NCBI GenBank assembly: GCA_033763315.1
Contig: JANRKS010000019.1
Location: forward strand, 96,001-160,000
Direction of reading: 5' to 3'
From: Deltaproteobacteria bacterium
GTDB taxonomy: Bacteria > Myxococcota_A > Polyangia > Fen-1088
Length of the DNA: 64,000 bases
Shown here: one piece after another, positions 56,278 to 64,000 of the stretch
Position numbering within the stretch: the first letter of the stretch is position 1
Layout of the letters: each line of letters opens with the position of its first letter
Notes under the pieces: generated by a model
What the model was told of the DNA's origin: nothing
The model's input: only the letters and a program-made list of their open reading frames with translations
Databases searched by the model: none
Translations under genes and position numbers: made by a program

Positions 56278-59200
56278 GTGACATCAATCGCGATCCTGGC
56301 GTCCTGGCTGAGTGTGGCGCTCACGCCGGCGGCGCCCGTAGATTTTCAGCAGCACGTGGCGCCCCTGCTGGCCGAACGCTGCCTGCCATGCCATGGCCCC
56401 GAAAAGCGCAAGGGCGCTCTGCGGCTCGACGCCAAAGCCACCGCGCTGGAAGGGGGCGCCACGGGTCCCGCCTTGGTGCCGGGGCATGGCGAAGACAGCT
56501 TGCTGATCCAGCGCATCAAAGGCCTGGGTGATGAAGATCGCATGCCACCTGAGGGCCCTCCCTTAACGCCGGCACAGATCCAATCGCTCACGCGATGGAT
56601 CGATGAAGGGGCCAACTGGGGCGCACAAGAGGCGGCGCCGGCGCCAACCACAGCCGACGCCACGCACTGGGCCTACCGCGCCGTCGCGCGTCCACCGGTG
56701 CCAAAGCTGCCGCCCTCGGGTGTGCCTATACATGGCGACATCGATCGTTTCGTGCTCGCTCGCTTGCGCGAACAGGGCCTGACGATGTCGGCGCCTGCAC
56801 CGCGCGAAACGTTGTTGCGGCGTGTGTCTTTGGATCTGACTGGCTTGCCGCCCACCTTGGCAGAGGTTGATGCCTTTGTTTCCGACAAACGTCCAGATGC
56901 GTTTGCCCGCCAGGTGGATCGCTTGTTGGCGTCACTGCACTTTGGCGAGCGGTGGGCGCGTTGGTGGCTGGATCTGGCTCGCTATGCTGATAGCCACGGT
57001 TACGAAAAAGATCGCCCCCGTGTGATGTGGAAATACCGCGACTGGGTGATCGATGCCTTTAACCAGAATATGTCGTGGAAGCAGTTCACCATCGAGCAGC
57101 TCGCGGGCGACATGCTGCCTTCGCCCACGATAAGTCAACGCATCGCCACTGGGTTTCATCGCAACACCTTGATCAACCAGGAAGGCGGCGTTGATCCCGA
57201 AGAGGCGTATTTCGAGGTGTTGGTTGATCGCGTTGGCACCACGGCTTCGGTGTGGTTGGGTTCAACGCTCGCCTGTGCCCAGTGCCACAACCATAAGTTT
57301 GATCCGTTTTCTCAAAAAGATTTCTACACGTTTATGGCTTTCTTCTCGAACAACGACACCGCCTTGCGCGGCAGCTTGTTCAATGATTTGCATATGGGCG
57401 AGCCCATCTTAACGTTGCCCACGCCGGCCCAATCCACGGCGCGCGAAAAGCTTGCGCAGGAGATGGCTGAGGTGCAGCGCCACATCGATAGCGACAGCGC
57501 CGAACGTCGCGCAGCACAGCGGCTGTGGGAACAAAAGCAACGGGAAGCAGAATTGCAGTGGCAAGTGTTGCCCCCGCAGAAGGCCACCTCACAAGGCGGT
57601 GCAAAATTAGCCGTGTTGTCAGATGGCTCTGTGTTGGCAAGCGGCCCCGCGCCGGCGGGCGATACGTATGACGTGGTGGTGCACGCGACGCTGCCAAACA
57701 TCACGGCGCTGCGTTTGGAGGTGCTGCCCGATAAGTCGTTGCCCAAAGGTGGGCCAGGCCGCGCGCCGGACGGTGGCTTTTTGTTGACGGGCTTTGCCGC
57801 GAGCCGCGGCAACGAAGCGTCCACGCCTTTGATGTTTTCAACCGCCGCGGCCGACGAACAGATCGGCGGCTTTGGCCCCGCCACGTTGTTGCGGAAGAAC
57901 GTCGAAGGATGGGCGATCGACGTGGCCGCGGCAGCGTCATCGGGGCGTCGCCAAGCCGTGTTCGTTCTTCGTGAGCCCATGCAAGGCGGCGGCACGTTGC
58001 GCGTCCGTTTGTCGCACATGCCTCGCGCTTTGCGCGCCATTGGCAAATTCCGCTTGTCCGCCACCAGTGGCGCCGATCCCCTGTTCATCACGCAGGTGCC
58101 ACGCCGCGACCGGGAGCTGCTGCAGGTGCCGGAGTCGCGTCGATCTACGGCGCAACAGGATCGCCTCGCCACGCTTCACCGCAACAACAGCAGCCACTTT
58201 GCACCGGAGCGTGCGCGTTTGCGTGGGCTGCAAAAACAGGTCGATGAACTGGGCATAGTCACAGCGATGGTGTTGCAAGAGCGGCCCGGCTTCGAGCGGC
58301 CGTCGGCCTTTGTGCGCGCCCGCGGTGGCTTCGCTTCGCCAACGGAGAAGGTGTTTGCCAACGTTCCAAAGTCGTTGCCTCCGCTGCCACCCGATGCACC
58401 TGCCAACCGCTTGGGTCTGGCACGTTGGCTCGTGAGCGACAGCAATCCCCTTACGGCGCGTGTCACCGTCAATCGGTTTTGGGAGCAGCTGTTTGGGCGT
58501 GGCCTGGTCGAGACATCAGAAGATCTTGGTACACAAAGCCCGCCGCCTTCGCATCCCGAATTGCTCGACTGGTTGGCGAGCGAATACATGCGTCTTGGTT
58601 GGAACACCAAAGCGTTGCTGCGCACCATCGTGCTCAGCGCCACCTATCAGCAATCGTCTCGCGTGCGACCAGACCTCTTGGCCAAGGATCCAACCAATCG
58701 TTGGTTTGCACGTGGGCCGCGGTTTCGTCTTGATGCTGAAACGCTCCGTGATCTGGCCCTGCGTTCATCGGGCCTGCTGGCGACGCGCGTGGGTGGCCCC
58801 AGCGTGTATCCGTGGCAACCCGCGGGCGTGTGGGACGTTCCTTACAACGAAGAAAGCCTCGTGTGGAAAACCAGTGGCGGCGAAGACGCCCACCGCCGCA
58901 CCCTTTACACGTTCTTGCGGCGATCGGCGCCGTATCCGTTGCTCATCAACTTCGATGCCACCAGCCGTGAGACCTGCACACTCAAGCGCCCACGCACCAA
59001 CACGCCGCTGCAAGCGCTGAACATTCTCAACGATGCGGTGTTCTTCGAAGCCGCACAATCTATGGCGGCACGCATGCAGGAAGGGGCCGGAACAAAACCG
59101 GCGGCGCGCCTATCGTATGGCTTTCGCTTAGTCACCGGCCGCCATCCCACAAGTGCGGAGCTACAAACACTGAACGCGTTGTTCGCGAGCCAACGGGAGC

Positions 59201-59355
59201 GCCTGCGCAAGGACCCGTCCGCTGTGAAGGCGCTGTTGACGAACCCAACCGTGGAGGATGCAAAGCCACCCGGTGTTGCCGATCCCGAGCGCGCCGCGCT
59301 CACGCTTGTGGCGAACGTCTTGCTGAATCTTGATGAAGCCGTGACAAAGGAGTGA
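56278..59355 (+). CDS. Planctomycete-type cytochrome c / DUF1549 / DUF1553 (PSD1) protein
   Basis: CLPCHG; LLRRVSLDLTGLPPT, FGERWARWWLDLARYADSHG, CAQCHNHKFDP; NPLTARVTVNRFW, PSHPELLDWLA, TNTPLQAL, LNLDE..TKE. Confidence 0.92.
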   Translation: MTSIAILASWLSVALTPAAPVDFQQHVAPLLAERCLPCHGPEKRKGALRLDAKATALEGGATGPALVPGHGEDSLLIQRIKGLGDEDRMPPEGPPLTPAQIQSLTRWIDEGANWGAQEAAPAPTTADATHWAYRAVARPPVPKLPPSGVPIHGDIDRFVLARLREQGLTMSAPAPRETLLRRVSLDLTGLPPTLAEVDAFVSDKRPDAFARQVDRLLASLHFGERWARWWLDLARYADSHGYEKDRPRVMWKYRDWVIDAFNQNMSWKQFTIEQLAGDMLPSPTISQRIATGFHRNTLINQEGGVDPEEAYFEVLVDRVGTTASVWLGSTLACAQCHNHKFDPFSQKDFYTFMAFFSNNDTALRGSLFNDLHMGEPILTLPTPAQSTAREKLAQEMAEVQRHIDSDSAERRAAQRLWEQKQREAELQWQVLPPQKATSQGGAKLAVLSDGSVLASGPAPAGDTYDVVVHATLPNITALRLEVLPDKSLPKGGPGRAPDGGFLLTGFAASRGNEASTPLMFSTAAADEQIGGFGPATLLRKNVEGWAIDVAAAASSGRRQAVFVLREPMQGGGTLRVRLSHMPRALRAIGKFRLSATSGADPLFITQVPRRDRELLQVPESRRSTAQQDRLATLHRNNSSHFAPERARLRGLQKQVDELGIVTAMVLQERPGFERPSAFVRARGGFASPTEKVFANVPKSLPPLPPDAPANRLGLARWLVSDSNPLTARVTVNRFWEQLFGRGLVETSEDLGTQSPPPSHPELLDWLASEYMRLGWNTKALLRTIVLSATYQQSSRVRPDLLAKDPTNRWFARGPRFRLDAETLRDLALRSSGLLATRVGGPSVYPWQPAGVWDVPYNEESLVWKTSGGEDAHRRTLYTFLRRSAPYPLLINFDATSRETCTLKRPRTNTPLQALNILNDAVFFEAAQSMAARMQEGAGTKPAARLSYGFRLVTGRHPTSAELQTLNALFASQRERLRKDPSAVKALLTNPTVEDAKPPGVADPERAALTLVANVLLNLDEAVTKE

Positions 59356-59358
59356 TGC

Positions 59359-60807
59359 ATGAGCCGCCCCGTTCACCCAACCACCGCTGACACGATCGCG
59401 CGCCGCAATTTCCTTTGCCAGGCGGGCTTCGGCTTGGGCGCGCCGGCGCTGGCCTCCGTCTTTGCACGAAACGGCTGGGCCGCCGCACGCACCGATCCAA
59501 TGGCCCCGAAGGCCTCACATCACGCGCCCAAAGCGCGCAACGTGATCTTCTTGTTCATGGCGGGGGCCCCCTCAACCCCAGACCTTCTGGATCCTAAGCC
59601 GCTGTGCCGGCAACGCGACGGCGAGCCCGTGCCCCCGTCGTTCACCAAGGGCGAGCGCTTCGCCTTCATCAAGGGCACGCCACGGCTTCTCGGATCGCCT
59701 TACACCTTCAAACGTTACGGCCAAAGTGGCGCCGAGGTCTCGGAGTTGCTGCCGCATTTCACGCGCATCGTGGACGACGTAGCGATCGTTCGGTCACTTC
59801 ACACAACGCAGTTTAACCACGCGCCTGCCCAGATCTTCATGAACACCGGCCACCAGATCGTGGGCCGGCCAAGCGCAGGTGCCTGGTGCACCTATGGCCT
59901 CGGCAGCGAGGCGGAGAACCTGCCGGGGTTCGTTGTCATGACGTCGGGCACGTCCGCTCCCGACGGTGGCAAATCATTGTGGTCGAGCGGCTATCTGCCC
60001 ACGGCCTACCAGGGCGTGGAATTGCGCACCAAAGGCGAGCCGGTTCTGTTTCTCGCTGATCCCAAAGGCATCGATCGCTCCACCCGTCGCGCCACCCTTG
60101 ATGCGCTTTCGGCGCTGAATCACCAGCACCTGGAAGCGGTGGGCGATCCCGAAATCGCCACGCGCATCGCCGCCACCGAACTGGCGTTTCGCATGCAAAC
60201 GAGCGTGCCCGAACTGGCGGATCTGTCGCGTGAACCTCAGAGCGTCCTTGATGCCTATGGAGTGCAGTTGGGCGAGCGCAGCTTCGCGAAGAACTGCCTG
60301 ATGGCCAGGCGCTTGGTGGAGCGTGGTGTGCGTTTCGTTCAGCTTTACCACCGCGGTTGGGATCACCACGGCAGCGCGGCGGGCGACGATCTTCTCACCG
60401 CCTTGCCCGCGCGGTGCAAGGAAACCGATCAAGCCGCCGCCGCTTTAATCCTTGATCTAAAGCAGCGGGGTTTGCTCGATTCAACGTTGGTGGTTTGGGG
60501 CGGCGAGTTCGGACGCACGCCGATGAATGAAGGCCGTGGCGGCTCGCCCTTCTTGGGCCGTGATCATCATCCGCGTGCGTTCACGATGTGGATGGCGGGT
60601 GGCGGCATCAAGCGAGGCCTGACGTATGGGCAAACGGATGAGATCGGCTACGCCCCCGTGCAAGACGCGGTGGAGGTGCATGACCTTCACGCCACGATGT
60701 TGCACCTGCTGGGCCTCGATCACTTACGGCTCACGGTGCGCTTTTCGGGCCGAGATTTTCGCCTGACCGACACCAAGGGCAAGATCATCACGCCGCTTCT
60801 GGTCTGA
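59359..60807 (+). CDS. DUF1501 family protein (Tat-exported)
   Basis: RRNFL twin-arginine signal; [48 protein letters not shown]. Confidence 0.92.
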   Translation: MSRPVHPTTADTIARRNFLCQAGFGLGAPALASVFARNGWAAARTDPMAPKASHHAPKARNVIFLFMAGAPSTPDLLDPKPLCRQRDGEPVPPSFTKGERFAFIKGTPRLLGSPYTFKRYGQSGAEVSELLPHFTRIVDDVAIVRSLHTTQFNHAPAQIFMNTGHQIVGRPSAGAWCTYGLGSEAENLPGFVVMTSGTSAPDGGKSLWSSGYLPTAYQGVELRTKGEPVLFLADPKGIDRSTRRATLDALSALNHQHLEAVGDPEIATRIAATELAFRMQTSVPELADLSREPQSVLDAYGVQLGERSFAKNCLMARRLVERGVRFVQLYHRGWDHHGSAAGDDLLTALPARCKETDQAAAALILDLKQRGLLDSTLVVWGGEFGRTPMNEGRGGSPFLGRDHHPRAFTMWMAGGGIKRGLTYGQTDEIGYAPVQDAVEVHDLHATMLHLLGLDHLRLTVRFSGRDFRLTDTKGKIITPLLV

Positions 60808-60852
60808 AAAGAAAACGCCCCAGGGTGGCGCGAGGCCGCCCCAGGGCGCGTT
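60808..60852 (-). terminator. Intrinsic terminator of the OmpA-family gene
   Basis: GC-rich inverted repeat (GGGTGGC/GCCGCCC core, CGCCC/GGGCG outer arms) followed on the minus strand by TTTTCTTTT. Confidence 0.55.
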
Positions 60853-60867
60853 CGTTAGCGGCAGGCG

Positions 60868-62721
60868 CTACTTCGTCTCAACCTGCACATCACCCTTGTT
60901 TTCAAGGATGATGAACTGCACGCGGCGGTTGAGCTGGCGGCCGGCTTCCGTCTTGTTCGTTTCGATCGGCTTGTCTTTGCCGTAGCCCATCGCCACGAAG
61001 CGATCCGCCTGCAGGCCTTGCTCCACAAACCACTGCACCACGGATTCAGCACGCGCTTGCGACAAGCGTTTGTTGTATCCCGCGGCACCGCGGCTATCGG
61101 TGTGGCCTTCCACGCGCAGCTTCGCGATCTCGGGATGCTCTTTGAGCGCACGCAGCACGGCGTTCAGCACGCCCAGGCTTTCAGGACGGATGGTGGCCTT
61201 GTTGTAATCGAACTCGATGCGTTCGAAGATCTTGATCTCCTTGCCTTCGACTTTGACCTTGGGGCAACCGTTCTTCTTCGGATCCTTATCGGGATCGCCA
61301 GGCACGTCGGGGCATGCGTCCACCGGATCGATGATGGTGTCGCCATCGCGATCGGGCGGGCAGCCGTGCTTCTTCGGATCTTCACTTGGCACACCCGGTT
61401 CAAGGCGGCACGCGTCCACCGGATCCACGATGCCATCGCCGTCTGAGTCAGGGGGCAGGGGGCAGCCGTGTTTCTTCGGATCTTCGTTCGGCTCACCCGC
61501 TTCAAGCGGGCAGGCGTCCACGGGATCCAAGATGCCGTCGCCATCTGTGTCTTTCGGCGGTGGGCAGCCGTGCTTCTTTGGATCGGCGTTCGGCTCACCA
61601 GGCTCGCGCGGGCAGGCGTCTTGTTTGTCGATGATGTTGTCACCATCGGTGTCCGGGCAGCCATTGGTCTTCGGATCCGCTCGCTCAGGGCCCGGATCGG
61701 CAGGGCAGGCGTCATCGCTATCGATGATGCCGTCTTTGTCGAAGTCGGCTGGCGGCGCATGTTTGTATGCCGGGAAGTACGCCAGCGACGCAAGCAACCT
61801 GTATTGCGGGCTGCCCAACGCACGCGTTAAGCCCGGCCCACCGCCCACACCGATCCGCACAGAATCACTCACGCGCATGTGTGCGCCCAGAATCGCCTCC
61901 ATCGGCGTGGCCTTGGACTTAAAGGCTGCACTGTCGGAGACCACCGTGCTGCCGTAGAACTCAGGACCGATCAAGCCGCGGCCATCGGCGAACCGAATAC
62001 CGGCAGACGCACCGAACACCACTTCGTGGCCGAACGGTTGGTTGCCAAAATTGTCCTGCAAGAAGCGACCATCGAAGGCCACGCGCAGACCGTAGGCAAA
62101 GGCGCCGGCCGTGCCCGCGGCTTGCACACGCGGAACCAGACGAACCTTGCCGTCGCTGGCAAAAGCATCGCGGTTGCCCGTGGGCAGATGCACCTGCACG
62201 CCCGCCGACAAAGTGAATGCATCGTCGTAGGTGCCCACCAACCGCACGTCCCCGCCCAAACGCAAATCGCCAACAGCGAAGCCTTGCTTGGTGGAAAACA
62301 CCTCGTCCTGCAGCGATCCCGACTTGCCCTCATTGACCAGCAACACAGGCAAATTGGCGCTCACGCGGAAGCGATCTTGCAAAATGATCGTGCCGCCCAA
62401 GTGCAGATAAAACTGATCTGACACCGGCGATTGCAACTCTTTGCCGTCGGCGTCGTAGATCACCAGTGGCTTGCGGGCGTAGTCGCCCACCACCCCCAGC
62501 GAAAACCGCCCGTTGCCGCGCAGATCGAGGGAATCAAGCGAAAACCAATCGCTGCCGTGATCAGCCGGGTTGAAGCGGTTGAGCGAAAAGCCTTGCGCAT
62601 TGGTTTGGGCGAGGGCGGGTGCCGTCAATCCCAAACCCACCAGGGCCACCGTTGATGCGACGATGCGGAAGTTCATGAAGGGTTGTTTCGTCGTTAAGCG
62701 TTGCAGATGTGTAGGCTTCAT
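60868..62721 (-). CDS. TraB-like OmpA-family outer-membrane protein (beta-barrel, TSP3 repeats, OmpA C-terminal domain)
   Basis: Signal peptide; beta-strand region with GDLRL; five D.DGD.I.D..DACP repeats; VEGHTDSRG, YNKRLSQARA, NRRVQF; alternative start at 62676. Confidence 0.88.
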   Translation of the reverse strand: MKPTHLQRLTTKQPFMNFRIVASTVALVGLGLTAPALAQTNAQGFSLNRFNPADHGSDWFSLDSLDLRGNGRFSLGVVGDYARKPLVIYDADGKELQSPVSDQFYLHLGGTIILQDRFRVSANLPVLLVNEGKSGSLQDEVFSTKQGFAVGDLRLGGDVRLVGTYDDAFTLSAGVQVHLPTGNRDAFASDGKVRLVPRVQAAGTAGAFAYGLRVAFDGRFLQDNFGNQPFGHEVVFGASAGIRFADGRGLIGPEFYGSTVVSDSAAFKSKATPMEAILGAHMRVSDSVRIGVGGGPGLTRALGSPQYRLLASLAYFPAYKHAPPADFDKDGIIDSDDACPADPGPERADPKTNGCPDTDGDNIIDKQDACPREPGEPNADPKKHGCPPPKDTDGDGILDPVDACPLEAGEPNEDPKKHGCPLPPDSDGDGIVDPVDACRLEPGVPSEDPKKHGCPPDRDGDTIIDPVDACPDVPGDPDKDPKKNGCPKVKVEGKEIKIFERIEFDYNKATIRPESLGVLNAVLRALKEHPEIAKLRVEGHTDSRGAAGYNKRLSQARAESVVQWFVEQGLQADRFVAMGYGKDKPIETNKTEAGRQLNRRVQFIILENKGDVQVETK

Positions 62722-62725
62722 TCGT

Positions 62726-64000
62726 TCACCCGCGCTTTCGGCGGCTGAACATCGTTAATCCAACGGCAAGCAGGGCCAAGACCGCCCATCCACCCGTGCC
62801 ATTCGCGGCACGCTGGCCGGCCGGTCCGTAGGTGCAATCGCACCCGCCGCCCGCGATCGTTCCAATGCGCGTGCCTGGACCCACCACAGCTACGTCGTCG
62901 GCTGGATTGTTCGGGTTGCGTTCACCCAGATCGATTGCGCCATTGCGATTTGTGTCTTCGAGCCCGTCGGGCACGCTGCCACCATCGGTGTCAGCCACCT
63001 GCGGGTTCGTTGTGGTGGCGCCCATGTCTGCGTCGGCCACGCAGGTGTTCTTCGCCTTGTCGGTGGCGGCGTTGCTGCAATCCTTGCCCAGCTCCGTGCC
63101 ATCAAACAGGCCGTCGTTGTCGCTATCGGGATCGAGCACGTTCTTTTTGCCGTCACCATCGGGATCCGTTCCAGGGCTCACTTCGGCGCCATCCAAGACG
63201 CCGTCGTCATCCGAATCTGCGTCGTTCGGATCGCTGCCCAACATCACCTCGGTTTCATCGGGCAAACCGTCTTTGTCGGTGTCCACGATCTGTGTTGCAT
63301 CGTCCTTCGGATCGTTGGGGTCACCTTCGCCTGCGTCGATCTTGCCGTTCTGGTTCTTGTCCTCGAGGCCATCCGACACGCCCCCGTTGTCAGTGTCGCG
63401 CTTGACGCCACTGGTGGTGGTGGTGGGATCGGCGTCGGCGACGCAAACCGCTTTGGTCTTGTCGGTGGCCGGGTTCTCGCAGTTCTTACCCGCTTCGGTG
63501 CCGTCGAAGATGCCATCGCCGTCGCTATCGGGATCAAGCACGTTGACCTTGCCATCGCCGTCGGTGTCATCACCGGGGTTGGCCTCTTGCCCATCGATCA
63601 CGCCGTCGTCGTCCGTGTCGGCGTCATTTGGATCAGAACCAAGCGTCATTTCTTCTTTGTCGGACAAACCGTCGTTGTCGGTGTCCATCACGTCTTTGTC
63701 GTCCGCCGGATTGTTGGGATCCGTTTCACCCGCGTCGATCTTGCCGTTGAGGTTGCTGTCTTCCGCGCCATCAGGTTTGCCACCCGCGTCCGTGTCGCGT
63801 TTGACAGGGCTTGTTTTGGTGGCGCCCATGTCTGCGTCGGGCACGCAACGCTTGGCCGCAGCCGCGGTCGCGGCGTTGCTGCAATCCTTGCCCGCTTCGG
63901 TGCCGTCGAACAACCCATCGTTGTCACTGTCCGGATCCAAGATGTTGATCAAGCCGTCACCATCGCTATCCGCGGTTGGGTTGATCTCTTGGCCATCCAG
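62726..64000 (-). CDS. Asp-rich thrombospondin-3-like repeat surface protein with MYXO-CTERM-like tail (5' part outside window)
   Basis: Frame open to 64000; many DTDxDG motifs; tail AGGGCDCTYG...GGWAVLALLAVGLTMFSRRKRG. Confidence 0.85.
   Translation of the reverse strand: MDGQEINPTADSDGDGLINILDPDSDNDGLFDGTEAGKDCSNAATAAAAKRCVPDADMGATKTSPVKRDTDAGGKPDGAEDSNLNGKIDAGETDPNNPADDKDVMDTDNDGLSDKEEMTLGSDPNDADTDDDGVIDGQEANPGDDTDGDGKVNVLDPDSDGDGIFDGTEAGKNCENPATDKTKAVCVADADPTTTTSGVKRDTDNGGVSDGLEDKNQNGKIDAGEGDPNDPKDDATQIVDTDKDGLPDETEVMLGSDPNDADSDDDGVLDGAEVSPGTDPDGDGKKNVLDPDSDNDGLFDGTELGKDCSNAATDKAKNTCVADADMGATTTNPQVADTDGGSVPDGLEDTNRNGAIDLGERNPNNPADDVAVVGPGTRIGTIAGGGCDCTYGPAGQRAANGTGGWAVLALLAVGLTMFSRRKRG
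62900..63949 (-). repeat. Intragenic tandem repeat, 402 bp (134 aa) period, about 2.6 copies visible
   Basis: Units begin at 63949 (INILDPDSD), 63547 (VNVLDPDSD) and 63145 (KNVLDPDSD); each has one Cys pair. Confidence 0.85.

Overview
GC-rich bacterial DNA, most likely from a myxobacterium (Myxococcota). The evidence is two MYXO-CTERM-like sorting tails, a gspC-N cluster with a PilM-like GspL, a Myxococcus-type LexA box and MopE-type Cys-rich repeat proteins. From left to right: housekeeping and catabolic genes (DHH-like protein, cysE, lipA, GH2 glycosidase, prfC, LarA-family isomerase); an ECF sigma factor; an antitoxin whose VapC partner is reduced to a C-terminal stub; lexA; a TPR glycosyltransferase; an accessory block (M50 protease, membrane proteins, FGE-fold protein, YfbK-like vWA lipoprotein, intact Phd-VapC pair); an NtrC-family regulator and a complete type II secretion operon with a UAS-IHF-sigma54 promoter; then, on the opposite strand, a GGDEF gene, two large Cys-rich surface proteins (vWA head with MYXO-CTERM; lipoprotein with FGE/C-type-lectin-fold tip) and a sigma54 activator lacking a regulatory domain. 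The last part holds an FKBP PPIase, a glycosyltransferase, a HAD hydrolase, leucine-catabolism genes, moeA, a PEGA protein, an AraC regulator, a planctomycete-type PSD1/DUF1501 pair and a TraA/TraB-like gene pair cut by the window edge. I saw no rRNA, tRNA, CRISPR array, integrase or transposase. The best candidate for an undescribed system is the Cys-rich surface-protein pair, whose vWA head has atypical codon usage. All calls come from reading motifs by eye; no database searches were run.
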